Shown in pieces: positions 11,185-23,006 of a stretch of DNA of 64,000 nucleotides. The DNA is from a virus: IMG/VR virus record IMGVR_UViG_3300048590_000661, positions 60,599 through 124,598 of that record, one strand, 5' to 3'. Both the position numbers and the translations under genes were made by a program. The notes below the pieces were generated by a model. It saw nothing but the letters and a program-made list of their open reading frames with translations, did no database searches and was not told the DNA's origin. Position 1 is the first letter of the stretch. The number at the start of each line of letters is the position of its first letter.

Positions 11185-11213
11185 ATTATACCACAGAACC
11201 ACTAAATTGTCAA
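11185..11213 (-). promoter_or_regulatory. Sigma70-type promoter with extended -10
   Basis: TTGACA-17 bp-(TGG)TATAAT. Confidence 0.85.
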
Positions 11214-11216
11214 GCT

Positions 11217-11654
11217 TTAGTTTTGCTCCACAGGAATACCATAATTAGTGGATTTAATTTTCTCAACAGTTTCTTGGTTAAGTGCCACTCGCCTGTCATA
11301 ATCATTATACATAGTAGGGTTATCAAACCATAAATCATCAAAATCTTTATATTTATCTGGTTCTAAATCTTGGTGAATAAGAACCATTAAATTCCACATG
11401 GCAGCAGTCAAATGCATACTATCAGGAAAATCATTGTCATACATTTCACCAGCTAAATATGCCATAATATGCCGCATAGCACTATTAACTAAAGTAGATT
11501 TCTTTTGCCCTAATGCCCAATTCGGCACCCCATCTGGCGTATTAGGGTATTTTAAACTACCATAGGTTGTATGCTTCATTAATTCAATGATAGTCGACGG
11601 ACTAATACCTGTAAATTCAACTTTAGTTGTATTATAACGTAGTGATTTATTCAT
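11217..11654 (-). CDS. dATP/dGTP diphosphohydrolase-like protein (DUF5664-like)
   Basis: GSLKY...NWALG...SAMRH...HLTAAMWN pattern; likely start MNKSLRYN. Confidence 0.75.
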   Translation of the reverse strand: MNKSLRYNTTKVEFTGISPSTIIELMKHTTYGSLKYPNTPDGVPNWALGQKKSTLVNSAMRHIMAYLAGEMYDNDFPDSMHLTAAMWNLMVLIHQDLEPDKYKDFDDLWFDNPTMYNDYDRRVALNQETVEKIKSTNYGIPVEQN

Positions 11655-12662
11655 GTTTAACGACCACATTTCTAGGGTTAATAATGGTATACATTTCAAA
11701 CGATTCGCTATTATAAATAACAACAATATCTAAATTAGTATTTGAGTAATTAGGGATGTATACTTTACCATTTTCACTACTAGTAAATTGAATAACACCA
11801 TCTACATCAATAAACGCTACTTGTCGCCAATTATCTTTATAGTATTGTATGTCTTTTAGCATAATTATTTATCCAGTTTCGTAATTTCAAAATAATCATA
11901 AGTTGCTAGCATTATTTTAGTCTCCCAATTCATATCATATTTAATATACAGTAATTTATTTTCTAAATCAATGCAATAAAATAAATTAGTAACTACAAGG
12001 TTTTCTTTAATACTAGTCCATTCTTTATTTACCCAGTATTTAACTGCAATAGCTTTATCCCATACAATTGTCATAGTTTTACTCAATTCTATAGTTAGAA
12101 AATTTAACTAAACTAACAAACCCATTAATATACTCACATTCGATTTCATCATATTCCATTGGGTCTTCACCAGAATCAATTACATTATTAAACATTTCTA
12201 AGTCATCAGTTAACACTACATACCAATGATTATTATTATCAGTCGTTGCTACATATTCTTTAATATATGTACTTGTTTGTTTTTTCATTCCATATTGCCC
12301 ATCATAAAATCAATACCAACTAACGTTGCAAGTCTATATAAATCGTCCTTTAATGCCGCAGTCGTTAAAACATTAACGATCACAAACCCAGCTACAATAA
12401 CAACATCTGCGTCATTTGTAATAGGCGTAGTAGACAGGTAAAGTTGAGAATTTTCCTTCATCAAACGTAATGTATCTGTATTATCCAATACTTTTTCTAC
12501 TTCATCCGTTGCAACCATTAGTGATGCTTCTGGTGGGCATCCAATACCAGTACCAGTAATCATACAGCCTAGTTTAAGGGCAGTTTCTTCATTAAAGACA
12601 TAATTATTAACAATACACTCTGCATACCACTCTAATTGTTCTAGTTTGTTAGTATAGTTCAT
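11647..12662 (-). CDS. Four small hypothetical proteins (11647-11862, 11865-12086, 12079-12288, 12285-12662)
   Basis: ORF track; overlapping start/stop codons. Confidence 0.55.
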
Positions 12663-12678
12663 GATATTTTCTTCTTTC

Positions 12679-13515
12679 TTAAATAGATAAATTATTTTCT
12701 AAGACTTTTCGATACTGAATACCAATACTTAAATTCCCCGACAATTTCGGAATGTACTCCGAAAACTTGACTTGGTGTTCAAAAGGTGACATATGTTTAT
12801 CTAGCCATAGTTTATCATGTAAACTTTTATCACTTTTCAACTCTGATAGCTTTTCTTGTAGACTATAGCTTGTCCTAGCACATCTAGCAGAACTAATGGC
12901 TAATTGATCTTCAATAAAATAATACGTTTCAGATTGCGTAATAAATGGTAGATGCCATTCGCCTTCCTTTAATATGGTAGGTTTTTGAGTTGTTAAAATA
13001 TATTTAATTTGCCGAGTAGGAACCTGAATTTCAAATTGAGCATTATATGAATCACGTAATGTAATAAAATTGTCCCATTCACTAGCCGTAACAAGATAAT
13101 CAATATAGGCAAATGGCTCAATTAGTCGGTTGGTGTATTGCTTGCTATACCCCATCTTATCTAATAGATAACCATGCGCAATTGCAAAGAAACGTGCAGA
13201 CTTCCAGATTAGTTTAGCGAACTCAGCATGGCAACTAAAGTCAAATTTAGAAGTTTGCATTCCCTTATGATTAAATGGAAATAATTCTGGTACATAACTG
13301 GCATCTTTTGCTAATGTAGAAAAACGCTTTGCTCTAGAAGACGAAACTGACCGTGACATTACTCGATGGACGTTAAATTCACTCAGTACTATTCTAGGCA
13401 GCCTAATTAGAAAAGTAGACACTCGTTTGTTTAGAATTTGACTGTCAGCGATTAACTTCGTAGTAATCTTATCTTCATAAAGATAATCAAATACTTCAAA
13501 TGGATTAGTGTTCAT
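12679..13515 (-). CDS. thyX: Flavin-dependent thymidylate synthase ThyX
   Basis: EFNVHRVMSRSVSSSRA, NRLIEPF, SARCARTSY, HMSPFEHQ; likely start MNTNPF. Confidence 0.9.
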   Translation of the reverse strand: MNTNPFEVFDYLYEDKITTKLIADSQILNKRVSTFLIRLPRIVLSEFNVHRVMSRSVSSSRAKRFSTLAKDASYVPELFPFNHKGMQTSKFDFSCHAEFAKLIWKSARFFAIAHGYLLDKMGYSKQYTNRLIEPFAYIDYLVTASEWDNFITLRDSYNAQFEIQVPTRQIKYILTTQKPTILKEGEWHLPFITQSETYYFIEDQLAISSARCARTSYSLQEKLSELKSDKSLHDKLWLDKHMSPFEHQVKFSEYIPKLSGNLSIGIQYRKVLENNLSI

Positions 13516-15403
13516 GTAATTTCCAGTGTCGCTTTGCATAAGGTGGTAAAGTCTCAATATGAAAATTATATGGGTTTAATAAAATAGGAATACAAAGTGC
13601 CAATTCAAAGGTACTAATATCTAATTGTGGTGCCCATAAATATGTGTTAGCCGATTGTATTTTTAATATTGATAGGGATGGATAACTATCTACATCAACA
13701 ATATATCTGTTATCTAATTCATCTTTTTTAATGTTAATATTCATCGTATTCGTTCTTTTCATTTGGTAAACATGCTAAGAAATCACCAATTAATAAGTCT
13801 CTTTGTACAAAGTTACTTTGAGTACTATATCGATTTACTAAATCAATACACAAATGTAAAATGTCTAGCCTAGCAGCATTTTCACTATCACTTCCAAGAT
13901 AATCTTCAAAATGGTCTACACAATCTTCTAAATCGCTCAATGTATTTTCAAACCTGCAATAACTCATGTTAGCCATTAGTATATATCCTTTTCTTTTTCT
14001 TCAAGAAAGTCAGGGATTAAATATCGCATTAATTTTAACGTTACTCATAGTGATAATCACTTTCTAGCCCATCACAATTAAGTAACGATTCAATATCATA
14101 CTGGATTTGACCTATTAGTTTGCGGTATGGTGGATGAATATTAGCGGCTGCTTCTAATTTGTCATAAAGCATATCTAACTTTTCCATGCCTTTATCTGGC
14201 TTATCTTCATTAATAATGACACAACGTTCTGTAGCGAATCGCATAATATTTAATGTATAAATTATATGCTTAAGCGATACATTTTTGCATAACACTTCTG
14301 ATCTATTATAATCGCTAATTGTCCACAACGTCCACAAATCACTTACATATGTTTCTACTTTTACACTAATCGCTAATGAATTTTTAGGCAGTGAACTAAT
14401 ATCATATTTATGTTTTGGTGCGTTATCTACAATATAACACTCATTATATTTAAATTCATCTAATAAAGTAAGAGAAATTACGACATCTTCTAAATCGCCT
14501 AGTAATTCATCATACTCATCCTCTTGATTTTTTGGTAGGCTAGTCAAGTATTCTTTTAAAGTTTGCATTGCTATTTACTTTCTAGTGCAGAAAGCTCTAA
14601 AATTGTAACACCATGTACGTGGTCAATTAATTCTATACTATAGCTATTATAACTATCCCTATCAAACTTAAACGCAATAGTATATTGTTCTTTAGCTAAT
14701 TCTGCCAGTGTTAATAGACTATTATGCCCAGCAGTACCATGATTAAAAAATTTTTCATAGACTAATGCAAAAGCGATTTCTTTTAGTTGTCGTTCTGTCA
14801 TAATTAACCTTCCATTTCTTGATAATTCATAATCACAACTTTATCATACCCAAATGTAGCAGCTAAATCCTGCTCCCAAAAGTTAATAACTTTGTAAGTT
14901 AAAATATTATCTTTCGTTCTAAAATTCACAACCGCATTTCCAAACCCCCAACCTTTACCATCTTTGCCCTGGTATGAAACAAAAAAATCTCTAAAAGGTA
15001 ACTCGTCACCTATTTTAATTTCGTTATTCAGCCAACTAGTATCAGGGTTTTCTGTTACCTGCAAATATAATGAGTAACAGAACATTAAGATATCTTCCAT
15101 CGGAATACTTCTGCCACGCTCAAAATATACACTAGAATGAAACCAAAATCTAGCGTTATCATGCCATCCGCCAAGCTCACCACTCCAAAAATCTTCTACA
15201 TTAGCTACTAACCCTGTAAATGGACAAATAGCTATTTCATCAAACTCGCCGTTCATAGCTTGGTAAACTGCATATTTGAATAGTTCGTCGTCGGGATACT
15301 CGCATTCCATGTAATATTTAAATACATCATTTGATATATCTGATGACACAAACCCCAAGTTTGTCTTTTCAATATCTAAGTTTGGGTCAATATTATAGTT
15401 CAT
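13505..15403 (-). CDS. Five hypothetical phage proteins (13505-13762, 13734-13976, 14041-14568, 14571-14801, 14804-15403)
   Basis: ORF track; MANMSYCRFENT is an N-terminus I recognise from other phage hypothetical proteins. Confidence 0.55.
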
Positions 15404-16208
15404 AAGTTTGGTTCCTAATCATTAATTCTTTAACAAAATTATCGCTTTGGCTATTAATACTGTAATGTATTCCATCTACTGTTTTAATATTTGCAAAATC
15501 AGAATATAAATCTAATACCGCTTGACAATTATCATATGATAGAACCCATGAAAAATTAGCAGTTTTTAAAGCGGCCGCTAATTCATGATGGTCATCACTA
15601 CTAAACCCATGACTATATAATTTATTACCTTTACCATAATAAGGTGGGTCAATATAATACATAGCGGCCGTTCTATCCATAACATCTAAATAGTTCTTAT
15701 TACTTACTGTTACACTTTCCATTAATGGTGCAATAGTTTTTATTTTATTAACTATCCTCTTAGGGTTCCACCTACAGTCTATTTTATAATTAGACCCCTG
15801 ATTAATACCACCTATAGGGCTACCAGCTTTTTCACCTAAGCCAGAGAAAGACATTTGATGTATTGCAATTTTCATAAAAGCTAAATATACAATATCTGGT
15901 GGATATGCATCCATATTTAGCTGATCTTTAAATTCAAAGAAAGATTCTACAGTAGGTAGAAAATCATTAATTAACTCGCATAGTTCATTGGGGTAATTTT
16001 TTACGCTATACCAAATAGCATATATTCCTAAATTAGCATCATTAATATAGTATTCTTGAAATTTTTTATTTACTAATAAATTAAGAAATACAGCACCAGA
16101 ACCAACAAAAGGTTCTACATATAAGTTTTTATCATAATCTAGAAGAGTAAGGATTACATTTAATAACTTACTTTTACCACCAGGATATCTAAAAAATGGT
16201 TTTGTCAT
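15393..16208 (-). CDS. dam: D12-class N6-adenine DNA methyltransferase (Dam-like)
   Basis: FRYPGGKS, YVEPFVGSGAV, IDPPY, LSYDN. Confidence 0.92.
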   Translation of the reverse strand: MTKPFFRYPGGKSKLLNVILTLLDYDKNLYVEPFVGSGAVFLNLLVNKKFQEYYINDANLGIYAIWYSVKNYPNELCELINDFLPTVESFFEFKDQLNMDAYPPDIVYLAFMKIAIHQMSFSGLGEKAGSPIGGINQGSNYKIDCRWNPKRIVNKIKTIAPLMESVTVSNKNYLDVMDRTAAMYYIDPPYYGKGNKLYSHGFSSDDHHELAAALKTANFSWVLSYDNCQAVLDLYSDFANIKTVDGIHYSINSQSDNFVKELMIRNQTYEL

Positions 16209-16255
16209 ATCTTTGCTTTCTATGCATATGATAACAAAATCGTGGTATAGATACT

Positions 16256-16284
16256 ATTATACCACGATTCTTTAGGTTTGTCAA
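16256..16284 (-). promoter_or_regulatory. Sigma70-type promoter of the Dam-like gene, overlapped by an inverted repeat
   Basis: TTGACA-17 bp-TATAAT; AATCGTGGTATA...TATACCACGATT spans 16238-16269. Confidence 0.8.
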
Positions 16285-16306
16285 TGGGGAAGTTTGGGGG
16301 GATGGA

Positions 16307-17332
16307 CTAAAGTAATTTGAGTATAGAGTTTCTAGGGTGGAAATAACCATTATCATCTGCTTCAAATTTATCTATACACATATTAAATGGCAGATATGGT
16401 TTATTGATAGCTTCTAGAATTTCGTCTTTATCGTCTACTCTATTGTATGCAATTTCAATATATTTATAATCATTTCCTAGAACTGCACCCATTTTAATCT
16501 TATCATTTTTTTGAGTTTCTTCTAGCGTACCCCAATGTGGTGGTGGCGTTTCATAATGTTGTTCGCCATGAACTTCTATTACACAATGGTGGTCTGGTAA
16601 ATAGAAATCGAACTTACGCCTTTCAACACCATCAATATCGAAACGTTTTTGTGTTTCAAATTTTATATTATTTTGTATTAAAATTAACGCGACTTTGGCT
16701 TCATATGACGATGCATAGTTAGCAGAAAATTCTTTATTTTTTATACTCTCTGTAGTTCTTCTATGATAATTAATATGGCGTTTAGTAATTGATTTACATA
16801 CTTTACATCTGCAAGTTTTATTCATAAATGCATTGAAAGTTATACTATCTGTAGTTTCACAAACCCTGCAAGTATATGTAATTTTTCTATTTTTATATGT
16901 AATATTATATAATAACCCACCAAATTCTAATGCTTTATTTAGCGCATCTGACAACCATTCTTCATCTGGTTTCATGCGACCATCAACAACACAATATGGA
17001 CAACCAGTATTATTCATGAATATACTTTGTACAGAAGTTTCCCATGATTTATTGCAAGTGTTGCATTGCAATGTTATCCTATCTCTTTTCTTAACACCTT
17101 CTATATGTACTATAGAAAATAAACCTGTCATTAATTCATGAGCATGACTAATACTAGTTGGTAATTTACGAGTACAGCCTGCGCAAACTGTACGCGTCAG
17201 TAATCGACCAAAACGTGTAGTAGTAACATACCCACACTCTAAACAAGAAAGGGCGCATTCTGTATTATACATAAGTTCGCCATCATAAGAAAAAGAAACA
17301 GGAATTTGTAACATTGCAATGCGGTCAATCAT
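16307..17332 (-). CDS. Zinc-ribbon repeat protein with C-terminal DUF559/Vsr-like PD-(D/E)XK endonuclease (probable free-standing homing endonuclease)
   Basis: Several CxxC pairs; SSYE...FDFYLP...IEVHGEQHY...DKIK. Confidence 0.8.
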   Translation of the reverse strand: MIDRIAMLQIPVSFSYDGELMYNTECALSCLECGYVTTTRFGRLLTRTVCAGCTRKLPTSISHAHELMTGLFSIVHIEGVKKRDRITLQCNTCNKSWETSVQSIFMNNTGCPYCVVDGRMKPDEEWLSDALNKALEFGGLLYNITYKNRKITYTCRVCETTDSITFNAFMNKTCRCKVCKSITKRHINYHRRTTESIKNKEFSANYASSYEAKVALILIQNNIKFETQKRFDIDGVERRKFDFYLPDHHCVIEVHGEQHYETPPPHWGTLEETQKNDKIKMGAVLGNDYKYIEIAYNRVDDKDEILEAINKPYLPFNMCIDKFEADDNGYFHPRNSILKLL

Positions 17333-17340
17333 ATATTTTC

Positions 17341-18258
17341 CTATCCGATACTACATGCGGACCATCCGCAATTAGTACAGTGTTCACAACCTTCAGCAAA
17401 TACTACGTTAGAATTATCACACCCACATTTAGAAGTATTTAAGTTAGTAGGGTTTAACTCGCTAAATTTCTTCTTAATTTCAGTGCCATTATTAAGAACT
17501 TGTGATGTACGACTGCCATCACGATATACTGTAATACCTTTACAGCCTAATTTCCAAGCCTTGATAAATCCTTGATAAACATCTTCAACAGTGGCATCAT
17601 TTGGTAAATTAATAGTTTTACTAACACCACTATCAACATATTGTTGCGCTACAGCTTGTGTATTAATATGCTCATCAATAGAAACAGACTTAGGGCCAAT
17701 TACACTGCGGAAATACTCTTTATCGTTATCTTCATGGCTGATATAATAAGTTTGCCCTCGCTCATCTATTCTGGTAAAAGAACCAGAAAAAATAGGCTCA
17801 CAACCACCACCCAATAAATTAGCAATATGGCTAATACTGCCAGTTGGTGCAATTGACTGGCAAGTAATGTTGCGTCGATTTACATGAATACATTTTTCTG
17901 GAACACCACGCAATCTACCTAACATTTCTGATTCATTATAACTTACTTGTTGAATTTTGTCAAGAATTTTAGCCAATAGATCTAATGCATCTTGGCTACC
18001 ATACGCTAATTTCATTTTTAATAGTAAATCAGCATAACCCATAATACCTAACCCAATTGGGCGAAATTGCTCGTATTTATTTTTGAACTTATCATTAGGA
18101 AAAGTGTTAGTAGTACCAACGTTATCTAGAAAAATTGTTGTACGTCTAATTACTCGCTCTAATTCGTCGTAATCAAACTCCCCATTTACAAAGAAATCTT
18201 TGTGGTTTAAATTAATGCTACCTAAATTACAACTTAGGTATGGTGGTAATGGTTGCTC
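17341..18258 (-). CDS. nrdJ: Class II ribonucleotide reductase, exon 2
   Basis: EQPLPPYLSCNLGSINL, RPIGLGIMG, SIAPTGSIS, VSKTINLP, KGITVYRDGSR, C-terminal Cys cluster. Confidence 0.9.
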   Translation of the reverse strand, partial: EQPLPPYLSCNLGSINLNHKDFFVNGEFDYDELERVIRRTTIFLDNVGTTNTFPNDKFKNKYEQFRPIGLGIMGYADLLLKMKLAYGSQDALDLLAKILDKIQQVSYNESEMLGRLRGVPEKCIHVNRRNITCQSIAPTGSISHIANLLGGGCEPIFSGSFTRIDERGQTYYISHEDNDKEYFRSVIGPKSVSIDEHINTQAVAQQYVDSGVSKTINLPNDATVEDVYQGFIKAWKLGCKGITVYRDGSRTSQVLNNGTEIKKKFSELNPTNLNTSKCGCDNSNVVFAEGCEHCTNCGWSACSIG

Positions 18259-19132
18259 CATTTTACTTATATTACTATAAGGATTGGACTATATCTTCAT
18301 AATTTTTAATACTTGTATAGTATTTAAAAATATGTTCCGCACTCGATAAAGTATTGTCAAATCTTTTGTCAGTTTTGTAAAATAACCAAGTCTTGTATTG
18401 AAAAGTAGGTGTGATATATGGGAAAACAAGGTCAATAAATCTTTGCAATCCGTTGCCAATAATTTTAACTCTTGGGTTCCTACTACGACCAGTATTACTA
18501 ACTACTGTTTTGAATGTCAGATTGTATTTTTCATTCATAAAATTAGAGAAATAATCCAATTCATTAAATGAAAAGCTTTCTAAACATAACCACCCAATAT
18601 TTTGTATTTTATCTGCTCGCCTATTTTTTGCATGTTCTAAATATCCATCACCCATCCATATATATGCCAAACATCTAGCATCAATTTTATGTACAACATC
18701 TTTCGTAAGTTCTTTCTTACCATCTGGATAACACCAGTTCGCAAACTTATCGAAGTATGCTGGATAACTAGCCACCATTTTATATGTGTACACACCGAAT
18801 CGTTTATCGAAATAATCATTTTTCCAAATCTTTTTATCACTATTTGGAAATTGAATAAATAAATCAGCACAGTGATTGCGAAAATCTGAATATTTAGATG
18901 TTAAACAAAACCTATTTTTGTAATCAATATACCCATCACTCAATACAAGACCTAATACAGACTGTTTAATTTCACTTGACGTTAACATTCTTTTCCTTTG
19001 AATAGAATTATTTATAACTTTATCTTTAGTCTCTGAACCTTCCTTAACGTATTAAGGATTGGCTGCTGATTGCCCGCTTAGGGTTTCCAGCAATTCACGG
19101 AATTTTTTACATGCGGCAAGCGTTTACCGATG
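18259..19132 (-). ncRNA. Group I self-splicing intron in nrdJ
   Basis: Core elements P AATTGCTGGAAA, Q AATCAGCAGCC, R GTTCAGAGACTA and S AAGATATAGTCC. P1 pairs CATGTGGT with GCCGCATG, with U-G at the 5' splice site. Terminal G at 18259. Removal restores NPCG|EQPL in frame. Confidence 0.95.
18275..18988 (-). CDS. Intron-encoded LAGLIDADG homing endonuclease
   Basis: VLGLVLSDG and LAYIWMGDG motifs; lies between R and S and overlaps S. Confidence 0.9.
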   Translation of the reverse strand: MLTSSEIKQSVLGLVLSDGYIDYKNRFCLTSKYSDFRNHCADLFIQFPNSDKKIWKNDYFDKRFGVYTYKMVASYPAYFDKFANWCYPDGKKELTKDVVHKIDARCLAYIWMGDGYLEHAKNRRADKIQNIGWLCLESFSFNELDYFSNFMNEKYNLTFKTVVSNTGRSRNPRVKIIGNGLQRFIDLVFPYITPTFQYKTWLFYKTDKRFDNTLSSAEHIFKYYTSIKNYEDIVQSL

Positions 19133-19876
19133 ACCACATGGATTAGTAGCATAAATCTTTTCACCAGCTTCTTTATATGGTGTATTATTATTAATGGTAT
19201 CAGAAAACAATAACCCTGGCTCACCATTTGACCAAGCATTAAGAGCTAGCTTATAAAGTAACGCTGCTTCTTTGCTTGTGTCATTACTAACCGCTTTTTG
19301 CATAAATTCATCTGTAGTCATCATTGACTGATTAAAATTATATAAATCACCCTCTTGACGATTCTTTTTAAGATTAATGAAGTCCTCAATATTAGGGTGT
19401 TCACAATCTAATGTAACCATGAGCGCCATTCCGCGAAAACCTGACTGCGTCATCATATGCATACCTTTTGACACTAATTCAGCATATTTTAATGGACCAT
19501 ACGCGTACCCATGACTACTGCCATTTACTTTAGCCCCTTCATATCGAATAAAACTACCAGTAAACCCGCAACCACCGCCACGTTTAGCTACTTCAGCAAT
19601 ATCTTTAAGTGTTTCAAAATGGTCTTCTAAAGTATCTTCAGTTGGTCCAACTACAAAACAAGCTTGTTTACCAGCATTAGGTTTGCCACTATTCACTAAA
19701 CAAGGTGAATTAGGTAAAAACTTTAAGGTTAGCATATCGTTATATACTTCTGAATAATATTCTGGCTCATCGCCTAAAATATTGTCATTATGCACACGAC
19801 TAACTAACCCTTCCCAATTTTCCCCTGGCATATAATATCGTTGTTTCAATAACTTTTCAGCATTTTCAGATAACAT
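19133..19876 (-). CDS. nrdJ: Class II ribonucleotide reductase, exon 1
   Basis: FLPNSPCLVNSG, ACFV, GGGCG, GEPGLLF, ATNPCG. Confidence 0.9.
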
Positions 19877-19996
19877 CTTTTCCCCTTATAAATTGCTTTA
19901 AAATATAAAAATAGAGGCTAAGATGCATACCCCTAGCCTCACTTTGTTGGACTTTTATTTTACCACATTAACTATACTTCTGGCAAGAAATTTAGC

Positions 19997-20806
19997 TTAA
20001 AGATTTATGCCTTTTAATATATTAGCAATAATATCAACTGTCCACCCATTACCAATTGCTTTGTATCTATTTGATTTTTTAATGCATGATGTATACCCTA
20101 TAGGCAATGTTTGTAATTCTTCACATTCTTCAGGCGTAAGTATTCTAGTTAATATTTTATCTTTCTTTAATTTTTCAAAGCTTGTCGCATTTGCCAATGT
20201 TATATCATTAATAACTCGATATTTAGTGCCTGGAGATTGTGCTGCTAACGTAGGATATTTTCTATAGAATTTAATTTCATCAGTTACATAGCCATGTCCT
20301 AAACGATACAGCCATCCATCATAATATAAATTCTTTTCTTCAATATAATTAATTGGTATATTTGTCCAGTATAATCTTACTCTATTTTGTTTAGACACTA
20401 AACTTGAATTTATTTTTATCGGATTCACACCTAAATATGTAGTTATTATATCTTGATATTGTTGTTTCATATTAACATTTTCCAATAAAAAATACTTAGG
20501 CTTACATTCGTCCAATATACGAACAAATTCAAAAAATAATTTACTCCTTTCATCTTCAAAATTTAACCTTTGTCCAGCAATAGAAAACCCTTGGCATGGA
20601 CTACCACCAATAAGTATATCTATTGGTGGTAATTTATTTACAACTTGCACATTTCCTAATTGTATTGTTTTTGGAAAGTTATACATCGTTACTGCACATG
20701 CATGTTTATCTATTTCAGATGCATAATAGTTACTAATAGGTAAATTTGCTCTATGCAAAGCTAACTGCCCACATGAGATCCCGTCAAATAAACTTAACAC
20801 ATTCAT
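19997..20806 (-). CDS. dcm: C5-cytosine DNA methyltransferase
   Basis: LSLFDGISCG, GGSPCQGFS, LLENV, QNRVRLYW, KAIGNGW. Confidence 0.93.
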   Translation of the reverse strand: MNVLSLFDGISCGQLALHRANLPISNYYASEIDKHACAVTMYNFPKTIQLGNVQVVNKLPPIDILIGGSPCQGFSIAGQRLNFEDERSKLFFEFVRILDECKPKYFLLENVNMKQQYQDIITTYLGVNPIKINSSLVSKQNRVRLYWTNIPINYIEEKNLYYDGWLYRLGHGYVTDEIKFYRKYPTLAAQSPGTKYRVINDITLANATSFEKLKKDKILTRILTPEECEELQTLPIGYTSCIKKSNRYKAIGNGWTVDIIANILKGINL

Positions 20807-20842
20807 AATTAGCTATTCCAACTTACACGCTTACGCATTTTA

Positions 20843-21645
20843 TTATCCTCTCTTAATAAATGGCATAATTAAGCCAATAGCTTCTTTACCATGTCGAATC
20901 ACTAATGGCAATGTTGGTTTTTTAATATAAAATGTTAATTCCGAATATACTTTATTTAATTTACCTAACATAGCCACAAAGTAAGCGTTGATATATGTTT
21001 GATTACTTTCATCTGCATCGCAAAAACGACAACAAGGATTAGTATAAAATAGCTTTACATCATTCGTCAAATACATTTGAGTATTATTCTCTAATGCTGG
21101 GTTTAATACTAAGCCACTATCAAATACTAAACCAGTGTCATTAATCTTTTGTACTACATTAGGTTCATACTTAGTTTGAAGCATCCAAAAACCATTAGTA
21201 GTCCATCCGTCATGCCGCTTTAAATTAGTATAATCAGCACGCACTTTACTAGCAGTGGGATTAAATATAGTTGTAATATTTTTTAGTGTAGACGTATCAA
21301 AACTTAGAATTGTGTTGCCCATTATATATTTTCCTTAGTTACGATTCCATATTCATCATTAATTGCCAATAATTCTAAATACTCAATTTCATCAATAGGG
21401 TCTTCGCCAGTCCCATTATAAATTTTACAAATTACTTTTTTTAGCTTATTATTTTTATTTGGTCTGCTACCAATACCATCACAAACTTTACATAGCTTAG
21501 TAACGTTAATGCTTTTTTCTGTATCGGGATAAAGCTCTGTATAATATTTATGATAGTAATCTGCCCTCGCTTTAATTTGTTTTATAGTTTCGGCTGAAAA
21601 CCCTACTACACTACTATTGTTATTTAAATACCATACAGAGTACAT
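20843..21645 (-). CDS. Two hypothetical proteins (20843-21322; 21322-21645, which has a degenerate CxxCxGxG zinc finger)
   Basis: ORF track; CKVCDGIG...CKIYNGTG. Confidence 0.55.
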
Positions 21646-21651
21646 ATGTGT

Positions 21652-22134
21652 TTATCCTTTAACCAGTGGTAATAAAGTAATGTTATTTAATTCATAGTTT
21701 AATACACCAAACATACTAGTAGATAACACCATATAATGCCCTTCAATTTCTACAGTAATATTAATAGCAGTTACGTAGTTATTATCAAACACTTGCATAA
21801 CAGGGTTATCTAAATTAATTAAATAGATATCTTCTGTATTATCACCCAATAATGTAAGGTTGATGGTATCACCAATTTCTTTTTCACCCAAGTAATACTC
21901 TGTTGTAGATAAAACTGTTGGTGGAATATCAAATTGATATACATCACCTTCGCCATGAACTGTAATATGTGATGTTTTAATATATTGATAGTGATTTTGA
22001 ACACGAATCAAGAACCCAGTATAACCACTTTCTAATACATAGCTATTATCACCACTACCTAAATAAGAAATATTGGTACTTGGTGATAGCGGGGTTAGTA
22101 ATAGTGCTATTGCAAAAATAATATTTAACATCAA
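21652..22134 (-). CDS. Secreted protein, paralog of 23007-23633, ending TLLPLVKG
   Basis: Signal peptide; ISYLGSGDNSYVLESGYTGFL matches ITFLGEGINTYVLPSGYNGFL. Confidence 0.65.
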   Translation of the reverse strand: MMLNIIFAIALLLTPLSPSTNISYLGSGDNSYVLESGYTGFLIRVQNHYQYIKTSHITVHGEGDVYQFDIPPTVLSTTEYYLGEKEIGDTINLTLLGDNTEDIYLINLDNPVMQVFDNNYVTAINITVEIEGHYMVLSTSMFGVLNYELNNITLLPLVKG

Positions 22135-23003
22135 ATACTCTCTTCCATAATTGGCGCAATATGATCTTCCATAACATATAACGGCTTTAAATACCGATTA
22201 TTGCCATTTTTTAAAATTTGTACCATATGACATGTAATACTTTCTTTAGTTACAAAGTTACTTTCTCGACTACTAGTTTCCCAATCGCGATAATGCTCCC
22301 AGTATCCAGATTTAACGACATTAAAACCAAGATAAATACCTTTTAGCGGCTTATTAAGTTCCTCACTTACCCATGATACCTTATCGCCATTTTTTACCTT
22401 ATTTAGGTAGCCTGTAATTTCTACCTGTTGACCGATCTTAAAACTCATAAATCTCACACTTTCTAATAGTTGCCATTCCATATTCCATACGTTGAATACT
22501 GTTTAAATCTTTCCAAATGGGTCTATATTTTTCTAGTTCCCCATTAACGCAAGCTTGATATTCTAGTGATGGTGGCGGGTTAGGATTTTTAAACATTGTA
22601 CACCCTTGAATACTAAATGTTAGAACAATCGCCAAAACATATTTAAACATATTATAATAATCCTAAGAACCATAAAATGCTAGTGATACTGCCAATGAAG
22701 TATAAAGCTAATAAGAAATATTGTAAAATTTTATTTCTGTGCATTAAGCCACTCTTGTAAAATGTCATTACTAAATAATGTATTAATAGGGATACAAACA
22801 TCTTCGCCAGTATATTTACCTCTGGCTACAAAATATTCATGCGTATATTTAAAACTATTATCCCAATCAACTAATCGATCCATAATATTAGCCCTATTAA
22901 TCTCCCAGATTACTTCTAAAATACGAGTATTAATATCGTATTCTATTTCTTCTAGTTTCTCTTTTAAATATAGTGCATAACTAATTGTGGCTTTAGTAAA
23001 CAT
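22131..23003 (-). CDS. Three hypothetical proteins, including a probable lipoprotein (22438-22650)
   Basis: ORF track; IQGC lipobox-like motif. Confidence 0.5.
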
Positions 23004-23006
23004 ACT

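Noticed and set aside
11217-11654. 2-aminoadenine (Z) genome pathway suggested by the DUF5664-like gene
   Set aside because: No PurZ or DatZ is recognisable in the window, and a Dam-like methylase suggests ordinary adenine.
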